Assembly (NCBI RefSeq): GCF_006345805.1
Contig: NC_042999.1
Span: 88,536,001 to 88,600,000, forward strand
Source of the DNA: Octopus sinensis
Taxonomy: Eukaryota
Direction: 5' to 3'
Length of the DNA stretch: 64,000 nt
Shown here: piece after piece, positions 38,667-52,984 of the stretch
Position numbering within the stretch: position 1 is the first letter of the stretch
How the letters are laid out: every line of letters begins with the position of its first letter
Notes under the pieces: generated by a model
Databases searched by the model: none
Seen by the model: the letters and a program-made list of their open reading frames with translations, nothing else
Told to the model about the DNA's origin: nothing
Made by a program: the position numbers and the translations under genes

Positions 38667-39404
38667 GTATGTATGTATGTATGTATCAGTGTGTTGAAAT
38701 TACATTAATCTCTTCAAAACAAAACATTTAAATAATTATAGTTGTATTTGGGTGTTACCTTATATGATACAATAAAATATATTACTGATTCTTAAAATAC
38801 CGAATGTGTAAGTTGTATTGAATTTGTCATTGCATTGTACTCTTCTAAATATGGTATTTCATATCTCTACAGATATAGTGTTATAAATTACTAACTTAAC
38901 CTTTGGTAAGTTTCACAAAAATCCTGCATTTCCTTTTGTCTTATCTCATCCTATTCATTTCAGCAAAAATATTTTGGGATAATCCGTTATGACCACTGTA
39001 TATTCTTTCTCCTATTACCATCTTCACTACTTTACCAAACTTGTCACATCTTGCCCATCTCACTCTGCCTGGCCAGCTATATCAGTTTCCCTTTTCTGTT
39101 TTACCTTCCACATTTTTTTGTTTGTTTTTTACAATAAATGCTTCTCTTGCAGAAATTATGGCATCTTTAAGAAGCATCCACTAGCATTTGACATCTGTAA
39201 CCTTATCTTTAGGGCACCAGTCATATATCATAGCAAATATTTTTATTCTTTTATTCAACTAAGATATCATTCCCAGTAAAATTCTTTCAAGAATGCACAA
39301 ACACTCACTCTCAAATGTACTTTTTCCTGTACACAAAGATCAGAAATTTCTTTAAATATGTAAATTAATTAACTGAAATTAATTTTTTAATTTCTTACCA
39401 CACA

Positions 39405-39636
39405 GCTACATCTGTGTGGTAAAAAGTTTGGTCTCCAAACACTTTGTTCTGCGTTTAGTCCCATTGTGTGGTACCTTGGACAAGTGTTCTGGGCTGACCA
39501 AAGCTACATGAGTGGATTTGGAAGACAGAAACTGAAAGAAGCCCATCATATATATATATACGAGAAGGATGTGAGATGTGTTGAAACAATTGCCATGATT
39601 AATAAATTCTCATATTCCATCTGTCTTTCATTTGCC

Positions 39637-39681
<45 letters not shown>

Positions 39682-39900
39682 TTGTCATTGTGCTGGTGTT
39701 TAACCCCACCACCACTTGACAACCAGTGTTGTTTATGTCCCGGTAACTTAGCAGTTTGGTAAAAGATACTGACAGAATAAGTGTAAAGCTTTATGAAAAT
39801 AGAATAAGTACTTGGACCAATCCATTCAACTAGAAGCCCTTCATGGTGGTGACCCAGCATGGCAGTAGTCAAATGACTGAAACAAGTAAAAGATAAAAGA
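39405..39900 (+). mobile_element. Degenerate SINE family B with expanded (TG)n
   Basis: Collinear with 2833-3199, including the gtaaaagataaaaga tail. Confidence 0.8.
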
Positions 39901-40298
39901 TTTCCCCATTTCTATGAGAGCCACAAACAATTACCACTAGGTTTTTATTGCCTTTCCCCAACTAAGAAAGAAATTTCAATCAATTACATTTTTCTTTTTT
40001 TTTTTGTATGCATTATTCAGTACATCACCATTTAGTTAGATTTCTACTGAGTTTTGAAATATCACACACAGATTTCCCCCAGGCAGAACCACAACATACC
40101 ATGTCACCATAAAAGGCAATGTGTTGTCATAAAAGGAATTAATATCTAAGGGAACATGGCAGAGCAAGTATGTGAGTTTTTCTACCATATAGCTTAACCA
40201 AATGTTCTAGAAAATCTGGTTTATGGTTAGAAAAGGCTGGTGAATTCAACCTCAGACTAGAGGCCATCAGCATCCCCCACAAGAGTATGTTACTTTGC

Positions 40299-40521
40299 TT
40301 AACCCTTTCATTACCCACCTGGCTGAAACCCTGGCTCTGTAATACAAATGTCTTGTTTTCATAAGTTTTGAATTAAAATCTTTCACCAAACCTTAGTCAC
40401 AATTTGTTTTTAACATTAGCTGAATGATAACTAAGTTATTTTACTAAATTCTTTGTTATATTTAAAGCAGTTGAAAGAAACACAGAGCATCTCAAAATAA
40501 TTACAGTAACAAAAGGGTTAA
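40299..40521. mobile_element. piggyBac-type MITE, second copy
   Basis: TTAA-CCCTTT...AAAAGGG-TTAA. Internal sequence is homologous to 13645-13850. Confidence 0.85.
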
Positions 40522-42670
40522 TGAGTTGGTTTATCACCCTCTTTCACTTTGTTTCAACATGCTTATGTTGTGTTTGACCAAAAGTCTTAACCTTAAATTG
40601 TAGCGTCAAATCATGCACACATTGTTTATTTGCCATAGTTTAACTCTTTCTACTTACTTGGTTGTCAATTACTATGAACTACTTTCATAATAATACCTAG
40701 TATGTTGTATTGTAGAAGATTCCTTACTATTATGTGTATTGTATCATGAACATTGTTCCAGTAAGTTATATATACAAACAAATATATATGAAGAAATATA
40801 AGCAATGCTGGTTAAATATAATATATGAAAACTATGATAAATGTTCGTGTGCTGCTTCTTATCTTCTCACACATCTTACCTAATATTGTGAACTACCAAT
40901 GAAGAATTAACAACTTAAAAACACGACACTAAAAACTTATCAAAATTTATGACATTGTCCCACTTGAGTTATTTCCCTTAACTCATTTTATGTTTCTTTT
41001 AACATGAAACGCTTACACACATATGCAAATATTTGCATTTTAAATATTTATTCAAGCACATACGTATGCCCTCATAAACAAATACATAGAAACACAAATA
41101 TAATCACAAGCATCAACATATACATTTTCTCATAAATTTAAGATACACTCATAGTTTCTACAGCTCATTTATTTCAAACCAATATGGTTTACATTTCAAC
41201 CTTCTGATATTAGAGCAGCCAATATATAGTAATACACAGATGACAGTTTAGTTGCCTATACATTCTCATTTTTATAGTCAAGGCATTTTGGCTAGTAAAG
41301 AGAAATCAATATGATTGTTTTTCTTCAGTTTTCTGCTCTATTTTTCATCATGATAGCATGAGACTAATCAGTACACAGAAGTACCGTTTCTCAGCTAGAC
41401 ATGTTAACATCACATATCTTAAACTTATTCATTGACCTCTCTCCTATGCTGTGTAAATTTTTTTTGTCTGTTTTACTTACCATTCAATACAAACCTATAA
41501 TATTTGTGATATATGTTCACCTAGTTCTCCTATCTTTTGTGTGTACATAGAAATACTATTATGTCAACAAAAGCAGAAATACTCTAAACCTCTTGCTGTC
41601 ACAACAATTTCTATTTAACTGTCACATCACTGTCTTCTTCAATAACACTGATTACATTGCTTAAGTCAAAAAATCTTCTTTACTGCTTCAAGTAATCAGC
41701 TTATGTGCCTCATGAAACATACAGGCTCTATGTACTAGTGCAGCATATGCATTTGTACATAGCATACATAGTATTTCCATGCAGAAATCCTCAATATTTT
41801 CTGGTTTATCAAATATTTTGTTCATACTAAGGTAAAAATATTACAATTCAATTTTCCTTCGGTTCAACAAATACATAATAGCATTACACTCATCTCAGAA
41901 TTTGATTTTCTACTCTATCAAAAATATGACTTTCCTCTGTTTAGATGCAGGTCAATTCCGTTAGTGAAACAGTTATAGATTATTGAATTGACTGTGGTTT
42001 AATACTGGTACTAACTGAATCAACCTGGAACAATAAAGTCACTTCTTGAGGAGTTTATCTGCAGAAATATGAGGCATGAAACTTAATACTATTAAGCAAC
42101 TGTTTCTGCTCTTTACTCTTTCTGCCAAATCATATGCCCTTTTCTCTTATGCACTTAAGTTCTATGAGGTTAAACAGAATAAATAATCATATAAGTAAAT
42201 CAAATATTCCTGCTAATAGTATAGTTAGTTTACCTCCCAGATTGAATATATGCTTCATGTATGGAAAACACCAGCCAAAATAATTAAATAAGAGACCTAA
42301 ATATTCCTTTCTACTCATATATTCTTCTTTGTGTATTCAGGAACATTGTATAGTCTAATGTTATTAGCATGTCACATGACTTTATGAATGAGAACTGATT
42401 CATAAATTCAGTTCAAAGTATTTAAGATATAAACTATTTTAACTGAAACCTCATAAATGACTAATTCCTTCTTAATAGTGATCATAGACTGTATAAGCAA
42501 ATGAGAGGAAAACTGGCAATGTAACATAGTTTCTTCATTCATTTGGTTTGTTTTGCATTCACTTTTCCATGCAAGAAAAAAAAGTAGTAAATATCCACAG
42601 TCACACACTCACATATACTCAAACATACGTATACATCTGTGTGTGTTTGTATACATGCTTATATGGTAGG

Positions 42671-43692
42671 GGATGCCAAATGCACTTTTGTTGAAGGACA
42701 AGAAGCTGAAGCCAAGAAGCTGAATGGACACAATGCTGAATGGACATAAAGCTGAATGGACACAATGCCAAAAACGGACATAAAGGCAAACAGACACAAT
42801 GCTGAACAGACATAAAGCCGAATGGACAAGATGCTGAAAAGACATATAAAAATTAAAATATATAATTATAATTTTATTCCTACAATATGACCATTTAACA
42901 GACTAAAATGCAGAAAAAGTAGATTCATAAAACCATGTTTTAAATAGGTTTCTTTACTGAATTTATAATGTAAATATGTAATAATGATGTGACCGGATGT
43001 TTATTTTAAAATTATTACAATTGACATATTAAAATGTACAAGACAAAAATAGATAAGAGTATTTAAAAATTGTGAGCCAAAGATTGTAGAAATGCCAATC
43101 CTTCTTCTTTATTATAAAAAACCACAAATGGTTTTTATCCTATCATTAATGGTATCATATTTTTTGTTAGGTCATATCATGACCTAACAGTCCTACTATC
43201 AGTCCCTATAGTAGCAAGCTCAATTCTAATAACCTTTAGTAATTTAGTGATTGTGGGATAAGTTACATAAAGTTTTTTCTAAAGCTTGATGCTAGCTGTC
43301 AAGGGAATTCTTTGTTCCCAGAAAATTATCATGAACTCGAGTGTGGGCAGACCAAAAATCAACATCAAAAATTGATTTCTTTCAATGCCCTCTCTGGACT
43401 ATTCCTAACTACATACTTTCAAAGTAAACCAGATAACCACTTAATAACTCATCAGGTAGGTAAGAATGTTTTTTTTTTTTTATTATCGTGTCTGTTCAGC
43501 TTTATGTCCATTCAGCATTATGTCCGTTCGGTATTGTGTTCATTCAGATTTATACCCATTCGGCATTACATCCATTCAAATTTATGTCCCTTCAACATTG
43601 TGTCCATTCAGCTCTATGTCCATTTGGTATTGTGTCTGTTTGGCTTCTTAGCTTTGGCTTCTTGTCCTTTGGCAAAAGTGCATTTGGCATCC
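42671..43692. mobile_element. Foldback (FB/MuDR-like) structure with minisatellite-filled inverted arms
   Basis: Termini GGATGCCAAATGCACTTTTG / CAAAAGTGCATTTGGCATCC. The arms (42671-42845, 43487-43692) are made of about 15-bp gctgaatggacacaat-type units. No TSD found. Confidence 0.7.
43285..43455 (+). other. Candidate 171-bp phase-0 exon inside the foldback core
   Basis: ttttttctaaag| ... CAG|gtaggt. Open frame LDASCQGNSLFPENYHELECGQTKNQHQKLISFNALSGLFLTTYFQSKPDNHLITHQ. No homology recognised. Confidence 0.25.
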
Positions 43693-44634
43693 AGTCTGTG
43701 CACATGCTTATATACATGCACACATGCCCATATATATATATACATACATACACACACACACACAAAGACATGAATTCACACACTCACACACACACATCAT
43801 ATTCATTAGTTAACGTCTGATTTTCATGCTGGCATGGGCTGGCATGGTGTGACTGGATCCAGTGAGCTGCAGGGCTGCATCATGCTCCATGTCTGCTTTA
43901 TCGTAGTTTCTTTAGCCGAATGCTCTTTCTAACACCAATCATTTTACAGTATGTAATGGCTGTTATTTTCACGCCACCAGTACTAGTGAGGTTGTCAGTT
44001 GGCTTGAAGACAGGAAAGAACAAGAAAAGGAAAAAAAAACCATCAAGACTAAATAGTGGGAATATTTGAGAAGGTGGTGAGGTGACTTTATGCCAGGGAC
44101 AAGCAGAGATGTCTGACTATAGAGAAGATGTGTGGCTACCATATATTATATAAGGGTGGGATTATTTAGGGAAAACATAAAATGATAGTGATGGGATGCC
44201 AGATCAAAATCCCTAAAGAGATGATATGAGCAGGAGATGGGGAGACAATTATTAGAGTATTTTATGGGGAGAGTAACAAATGGCTTGAAATAGGAGTAGA
44301 GGAGAAAGTAGTAAGCTAAAATTAGAAAGGAATAAATTGGAGATTGGAACATAAATAGTTATAAAATTTTGATGAAAGATATGAGTTTAGATCACTTAAA
44401 AATAGGAAGTTTATGTCACAGATAAACATAGTTTATTTAGTAATTTCTATACAGTGTAGTAGTATTATTAGTTATGGACTACAGGGCAAATGTAGGAAAA
44501 TAGGCATCAACATAAGTTTATATTAAAGTTCCTACAAGTGTTTCTCCATTATGGTCAGTTTGGATCCCTGCAATAATTCAATAAATGTCCCAATTGCAAA
44601 TTTAACCTAAACACCCTGTATGTATGTGTGTGTG

Positions 44635-44717
<83 letters not shown>

Positions 44718-44719
<2 letters not shown>

Positions 44720-46125
44720 GGGTGTTCAGGCTAAATTTGACAATTTTTGTATATCTCCTTCTTTCAAGAACAGTTTCATGTATTGGTGAAAAGTCAATGG
44801 CATAGGAGAGCATCAAGATTAATAGAGTAGTTGAGAAAAAGTTAGTTGACATGAAAGACTGGAGGCCATCTGAGTATTGGAAAAGAGTTACTTGTAATAT
44901 GATGATTTGTGCTGGATATCAAAATGTCAATATCATGATCGCTGGTCAATGCTCTGTGAACAGTGTAAAGGTTGTAAGATGAGGTGTGGACAGCTGTAAG
45001 TGACTACAAAGCTGTGGCCAACAGGAAGGACACAGCAAACGCTCTGACTGTGTCCATGTGCCAGAATGTGTCTAACAACTGCAGACAATGTGATGGAGGA
45101 TCTGCACAAAGGAATCCTGGCTTGGATGAAAGATGAATGTTGGAGTCACCATCATGAAGCTGGTGATGATACCATTGATACAAGAGATGTGAAGGAGAAA
45201 CTCTGACAACCAAGACCAAGGAGAACCTCTGCACAAAGGCAAAGAAGCTTCTGAACAATCTGAGGCATCCTGTTGAACCAAGGATGGTCTAGTTTTTCTC
45301 AGATGAAAAGAAATTCTGCATGGACCAGTTGCACAATACCCAGAACAACAGGTGGCTACCTACAATTCATGTGATGTCCCACAAATCATGAAAACCAAGT
45401 CTCCCAAACTGTGATGGTCCTTAAGTATGTCTGTTGTGTGGACGACCCCAGACAATGAAGTAGGCTAGCCCAATACGTAGATATAGACGGAGAAGCCTAG
45501 GCATCAGTGGTAGTAGACTAAGAGAGCAGAATTGAGTAGAACGTGCAACATAACAGTCTCCTATGGGGGTAGTGTACTGTTACCCATCTTTGAACAGGGC
45601 TTTAGGCTCAGTTCAAACAGCTATGTGAAACTGCTTGACACTGTGGTCCATCTCTGGCTGAAGAGGGCTGCTGCTGAAAGGTCATATATGAGGCAGCAAG
45701 TTTTGGCCCCTTGCCATACCTCAGGAAAATGACAGAAGTAATTGTTGGACAATTTCTACTTCACCAGCCCTGATTTCTGGCCTCTTAATTCCCACATTTT
45801 TAACTCCATGAGGTGCTATGTGTTGGGTGCAGTTGATAAACATGCCAACAGCTCTGCTTGCTGCACCAAGGCTGAACTGGTGGCTTAAAAGGAAGAGGCA
45901 TTCAAAGATCTTCCCAAGTACACAGTGAGGAATGCATACACCAGGTTCTAGAGGTGTCTTTAGGCTGTGATGGGCGCTGAGAGCAGTTACATTGAGTAAA
46001 CTGTTATCTCCTAGCCATAATCTAGCTGGCATATTTTTATCTTTTCAAATACTTTTATTCTTGGATGGAATATTGTGTTTTCTTTTCCTATTATGCAAAG
46101 TGTCAAATGTTACCTAAGCACCCTG
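44718..46125 (+). mobile_element. Near full-length decayed Tc1/mariner element with both TIRs
   Basis: TIRs (t)agggtgttcaggctaaatttgaca / tgtcaaatgttacctaagcaccctg. FFSDEKKF, QQVLAPCHT and FWPLNSHIFNSM (from WPPNSPDLNP) motifs. TA-rich flanks. An orphan TIR of the same family lies at 44598-44618. Confidence 0.85.
45432..45555. mobile_element. 124-bp solo-LTR-like insertion within the transposase
   Basis: Termini TGTTGTGT...ACATAACA. GTC(T) is duplicated at 45429 and 45556. Removing the insert restores YVSYGG in the transposase frame. Confidence 0.5.
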
Positions 46126-46127
46126 AT

Positions 46128-46176
<49 letters not shown>

Positions 46177-46192
46177 GTGTGCATATACATAT

Positions 46193-46224
<32 letters not shown>

Positions 46225-46249
46225 ATATATATATATATATGCATGTACG

Positions 46250-46285
<36 letters not shown>

Positions 46286-46355
46286 TATATATATATACCT
46301 ACATATATACATACATACATACATACATACATACATACATACATACATACATACA

Positions 46356-46386
<31 letters not shown>

Positions 46387-46390
46387 GTGT
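46120..46390. repeat. (TG)n-(TA)n-(TACA)n compound microsatellite
   Basis: Visible directly. Confidence 0.95.
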
Positions 46391-47107
46391 GTGTAATTAT
46401 CTTATCATGAGTAATCTGACTTTGATTAAAGAATGAAAAGCTGAACATAATGTAAAGAAACAGCAAAATGAAATAAGATAATAGTTTGCTCTCTTCAGAG
46501 GAAAAAAAGAAAAAAAATTTTGATGTATGATTTAAAGTGATAGAAAAATAAAGCAAGAGTTGTCAAAAATAAGAGGAAAGTGTCAATGCTGTGTAAAAGA
46601 TCGGAGTCAAACAAATAGCTCCTGTGGAAGCTTATCAAAACTTGACAACTGATGTAGATCACTTTGAATATATAAAAATGGTAAGGGTAAAAACTACAAG
46701 ATGGTGGTATCTTTGGAAGAACTGGATAAAAGTAAAATGAAATTATTGATATTTCATTTACCTTCACCAATAAGTAAATGTCAATCCGAAAGGAATACTG
46801 TTTGTAGGAAAGGCTTGAGATATAAAAAGAAAAAAGAAATTACTTATACTGGAAAATTGGAAGGAAATATACTGCAAGTGAGAAGTGAAGAAGGAGAAGA
46901 AATGAAGGAAAAATGTATAATTGAAGAATATAAGAGATGTCAAAGAATTAAAAGTCAAAATAAAATTGAGAGGGTTAAAATAGAATCCATATTTACATTT
47001 AGGTACACATACATACATACATACATACATACATGTATACATGCATACATACAAATGTGTAAAGATACACAACTCACATGTTCAAACAGACATGCACAAA
47101 TATACCA

Positions 47108-47555
<448 letters not shown>

Positions 47556-49404
47556 TAATATTTTTAATTGATCATTTGGTAGTCAAGAAAAGAAAGTCTT
47601 GTTTAGGAAAATAATCTAGGATAGACTACCTTGTGATTTGCCAAGAAAATTTTGTTGTTTTACTTTACATCTAGTACATGTGGATGCACGAGAATGGAAC
47701 AAATTCAGAAGTTCTTCCAACTCTCTAAACACTATTTTACTGGACCAATGAGGGACGAACCAAAATCAGTGACTAAATTTCAATCAAATCACACTTTACC
47801 ATCTTGATTAAGGAGAGAGCATAGGCAATGTAGTCATAAAACCCACAAAAATACAAGATAGTCTTAAAAAGATTGCCCTTTGATAATAAATCTGCTCGAT
47901 CAGGGATAACTGGGAACCAAACAGCAATGGCATATTACATTAAGTTCATTATAACAATTGTCTTCTTCAGATATCAAATTAATATACTTGTGATTTGATG
48001 AAAGTTTGTAAACCAGGTAATTTCTTTTGTGCTTTAGCAAATCTATTTTTGTCTTTAAGAAGGCAATATCACTAACAGACTGTAGTTATTTCATGTGTGA
48101 TCTAAAAAGTTGAGTGAATGATTAGTATGATACTAATCTATTAGAATTTGTTTTAGTACCCTTAAATTCTCAAACCTATTGAATGTACGAGTACATTTTA
48201 GCAGATGTGATTTCATTCGTCTTATAACACTGGAAGTCAAAGAAGTGGGTAGTTCCTTGGTTTTGTGTTTATGGTTGAAAATAATGATGTTTCTGTTAAT
48301 TAGCAAGCTGTAAGCACAAGACCATGTTGCTTTTTCCAAGGGTAATTTATGCAAAAATGCACCCACTAAAGTGGGTTCAAAGGATTCATTTGTTCTCCTA
48401 CTAGAACTGATTATGTTCTCCATATTCATTAGTTCTTAGTATTTCCATTGTAATATTTTTGTGCATTCTTTTTTCCATTCACACTGAAACGTGTGTCAAT
48501 TCTATCCTCACCATAGTTTCTGTTTTTCAACCTAAGTATCAACACATTTTGCATGTGTGACACAAATGTGCTTAATTCTGCATGCTGATATGTGTGTATG
48601 AATGTGTGTGTGTGTGTATGTGTGTGTGAGTGTAGTGTGTGTATGTGAGGGAAAAGAGAGATAAGGAGGGAAGTGAAACAGAGAGGGAGAATGAGAGAGA
48701 GGGAGAGAGTAAGAGATAGGAGGAGAATGAGAGAGAGAGAGGAGGGAGAGTGAAAGAGAGGGAGGAAGAGTGAGAGAGGGGGAGAGTAAGAGTGAGAGGA
48801 GAGTAAGAGGCAGGAGGAGAGTGAGAGAGGGAGTGAGGGAGAGTGTGTGTGTAGGAGTGGAAGCAGTGTTGAGTAGTAAAAAATTTGCATCACAGGTTTT
48901 GTGAAAAAAAAGATGCCAGAGTAGGCGATAAAATATCAATATGTAATTCACAGGCCTATAAATTTTTATTTACCATGGGAATCATAGAATGAAACATATC
49001 ATTGCTTTAGCTCTTGCCTAAAAATAAAAGAACTAGGGTTAAAACTTAAGTTAAGGAATTTATTTGATGGAAAGAGAGGTTATCAAGCAAGAGGGGTGAT
49101 GTGAGAGGGCTGGAAGCCAAAGATACTTCATGAATAAAGGAAAACTGTCAATGCATTGGATAGGAAAGTAGATATATACATCCCTCATATAACTCCTAAA
49201 ACAGAGTTAAGGTGATATATTTAAATATTGTGAGGAAGAGAAAGATGATAAAATACATAAAAACATTACATCAACCAATTACAAAGAATTCCATTTGCAA
49301 AAACATCAGTCTTGTGTGGGGAGAGGGGCAGAAGTATCAGTATAGGAGCAGAAATAATTCAGTTGTGATAGGATAGTTGTGATACATGCTAACATACATA
49401 TACA

Positions 49405-49800
49405 TATCATCATCATCCTCGTTTAACGTCCACTTTCCATGCTAGCATGGGTTGGACGATTTGACTGAGGTCTGGTGAACCAGATGGCTGCACTAGACTC
49501 CAGTCTGATCTGGCAGAGTTTCTACAGCTGGATGCCCTTCCTAACGCCAACCACTCTGAGAGTGTAGTGGGTGCTTTTATGTGCCACCGGCACGAGGGCA
49601 AGTTTGGTGGTACTGGCAACAGCAACACTCAAATGGTGCGTTTTATGTGCCACCCGCACATGAGCCAGTCCAGCGGCATTGGCAACAACCTCGCTCAAAT
49701 GTTTTTTTTCTGTGCCACCAGCACAGGTGCTAGAATGGCGACACAGGTAATGATCACGCTCGAATGGAGCTTTTAATATGCTATCAGCAAGGAGGCCAGC
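49405..49800 (-). mobile_element. RTE-associated 3' UTR/SINE-like repeat with (GAT)n tail
   Basis: Reverse complement of the 54600-54920 terminus. Shorter copies lie at 7325, 11420, 36660, 43800, 49810, 52735 (-) and 60250, 63075, 63770 (+). Confidence 0.85.
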
Positions 49801-50678
49801 TTGTTGCTCTGGCAATCATCATTTAATGTTTTCCATGTAGGCATACAGTGCATGGTTTGACAGGAGCTGGAAAGATCAGGAGCCACGCACCGGGTTCCAT
49901 TGCCTGTTTTGGCATGATTTGGGTCCTTTTAACATGATGCAATCATCAGTGATTTTTATGTGGTGCCATCACCATTACTTTTTACGTGGCACCAAAACAA
50001 GTGTTTTTTACATGACACCAGAACCAACAGGATCACCAAGTACCTTGCAGTATAAGAAAATCCTGAACTGGGAGGTGGTGAATTGTATTGAGGGGTGTGT
50101 GATTTTGCATCAGGTGAGAGATTTAAAGTACAGAGGGGATAGATACAGGTGTATTGCTGTAGAGTAGATACATGGATATCCTGGTCGGAAAACAAAGGAA
50201 AATAAGTCAGATAGTAAGATAAAGGGAGTGAGAGAGATGATGACGTGTTGGGACATACTGTCAAGGGACATTGGGGGTGGTGATAATTGGTAGAAAAATT
50301 TGGGCTGGGTGATTGGGCAGGATGAGGTGGCTGTAGCAAATGATGGAGAGGAATATAGGAGAGGCTGAAAGGCATTAAGCATGATAACAGGCAAGTAAGG
50401 AGTTGATGATGGAGAGTATCACAGGGAGGGGAGACAAGGCACAGAAAGTGGGTGGTGGAGACAGCAGGTGAGCAAAGAAGGTTACTGATGGGGAGTAGTA
50501 AAAGTAACTGAGAAAGCCAGAGGGTGTAGTGTGTGCTTATTCTGCTCTCGGGTGATAAAGTAAGTGATGGGTGTTCGGGGAGGAAATATGGGTGGAGGGA
50601 AGAGGATTGACAGGGTAAAGCCCATCATGCCCAAATTCTGTTGTAGTGGGCAGGTCATCTTGAGTACAGCCATATATC

Positions 50679-52524
50679 TTTGTGAAATGAAAAATTGTTG
50701 GAGGAAATATTGATAAATTAATACATTAAGTTCTATCCATGAGGTCTCTATTTTCTAACTCGATAAAAATGTTTGACATTTTATATTCTATATAATATAT
50801 TCATTGAAGAATTATCTCTTCAAAATTTCATATATTAAACTAGGGTGTCTTTGATAAATATCCCTATAAGATGTTTAAATATCCTCTTTGTGACTATATA
50901 TATAGCTGAAAATATGTGGAAAACATATATATATAAAATGGAAGAGAAATGCCTTCGTTTCACATAGTTTAATATCTTTTTATAAAGAAATTTCTTTTAA
51001 TATATATATACATATTTTATGGATGTCTTGACATCCAACTGGTTTTCACTATTTAAATTAGCTTTTCAAGTGACATTGTGAAGTAATCAATTCTTGTGAC
51101 AAACGGGTCTCACCATTTTAGATGCTTGAAAAATAAGAATGAGTCTAGAGAGTTGACAAAGGGGCGCAACAGGTGGCCATCACATTAAAATAAATATTCC
51201 ATTCAATCTAGCTAAAAAGATCTGTACAATTGTATCTGACACAACCACCTACAAGACCTCAAAACAACACTCATCAAATGTCAATACCCACCAGCACTTA
51301 TAGACCATGGAATTTAATGTGCCAAGAAATTAGACACAAACATACTAAGGACAACCAAACAAAACACCACACCTCACTTTAAATCACTCCCATACATATC
51401 AACCCACAACCCCAGAAACAATGAAGCATACAACACAATTATACAAAATCTCCATCTGCTCATTCAAGACCTGAAAATGAACCACATCCTAAATACACAT
51501 AAACTCCTCAAATGCAAAAGACAACACAAATCACTCAGGAGGCTCCCAACAAATTCAAACTATACTCAATACACACGATACCAACAGTTAAAAAATGCAG
51601 ATGACCTAATTGTGGTATATGCCCATACCTAACTGAAGGCTCAGAATTCACATTGCAGCAAGGAGAAAATTCTCAATTAAGACCAACTTCACATGTGCTT
51701 CCCAGAACCTTATCTATGTCCTAACCTGCTCAGGTTGTGGCCACAATTATGTGGGCCAAATAAGCCTTACTTTGAGATGCAGAATCATGCTGCGTAAAAA
51801 CAGATTCGTTTTCCTCAATACAGGTAGATAGCCCTGAGCGAACATATCGACAGATGCACAAAAAATAAAATGCCAAATTTCCATATCTTTCCATTATACC
51901 AATGCAAAATTTCAATCTCCTTACAAGAACACCTAAACATGGAAAACTTGTGCATACAAATGTATAGACCACACCTTAATATACAAACATGACTACTTCA
52001 AAAATTATACTGAAAAATTAGTTGTCCCTCTTGCCACCTGTTGTCTCCCTTTGTCAACTCTCTAGACTCATTCTTATTTTTCAAGCATCCAAAATGGTGA
52101 GACCCGTTTGTCACAAGAACTGATTACTACACAATGTTCCTTGAAAAGCTAATTTAAATAGTGAAAACTGGTTGGATATCATGACATCCATAAAATATGT
52201 ACATATATATAAAAAACTTCTTTATAAAAAGATATTAAACTATGTGAAATGAATGCATTTCTCTTCCATTTTTTATATATATTTTCCACATATTTTCAGC
52301 TATATGTAGTCACAAAGATATTTAAACCTCTTATAGGGATACTTTATCCAAGATACCCTAGTTTAATATATGAAATTTTGAAGAGGTAATTCTTCAGTGA
52401 ATATATTATATAGAATATCATAAAATGTCAAATATTTTTATCAAGATAGAAAACAGAGAGATCTAATGGAGACAACATAATTTAATTTATCAACATATTC
52501 TCCAACAATTTTTCATTTCACAAA
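50679..52524 (+). mobile_element. Penelope-like element: 500-bp inverted pLTR (50679-51177), decayed RT-end/GIY-YIG ORF (about 51185-51992), pLTR (52033-52524)
   Basis: IPFNLAKKICTIVS, LPYISTHNP, KKCR*PNCGICP and NLIYVLTCSGCGHNYVGQ (GIY-YIG). The two arms are reverse-complementary at roughly 85-90% by eye. Confidence 0.9.
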
Positions 52525-52984
52525 CAAAATTAAAATTACAAAACATATGTAAATATATAATTTTACATTTTAAATACCTTGTACAGAAAATCATAAAGTA
52601 AACCTAATTGTCCTCTGCATGCCCTGATGATTTTCCATACAGGGTATTTAAAATGCAAAATTATATATTTATGTTTTGTCATTTTAATTTTGTTTGTGAA
52701 ATGAAGCAATTGTTGGTGAATAATCATCATCATCAGCATCATTATCATCGTTTAACGTCCGTTTTCCATGCTGGCATGGGTTGGACGGTTTGAATGAGGT
52801 CTGGAAAGTCAACAGCTGCACCAGGCTGCAATCTGATCTTCCCAATGTTTCTACAGCTGGATGCCCTTCCTAACATTAGATCTCCCTGTTTTCTAACTCA
52901 ATAAAGATGTTGGATATTTTAAGATATTCTATATGTCTCTGCACATTTCCAGTGTTTATTGCTCCTGAGCATGTGCCACAGACA

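Noticed and set aside
43395-43460. Minus-strand CCTAC-CTGATGA...GAAA...TA-GTTAGG
   Set aside because: Stems II and III do not form properly, so it is probably chance.
48133-48429. 98-aa minus-strand ORF in non-repetitive sequence
   Set aside because: No recognisable motif and only weak splice signals; within chance expectation.
51598-51700. CAGATGA-CCTAATTG...CAATTAAG stem resembling an HHR
   Set aside because: It is the KKCR*PNCGICP coding region of the PLE, and the GAAA is absent.
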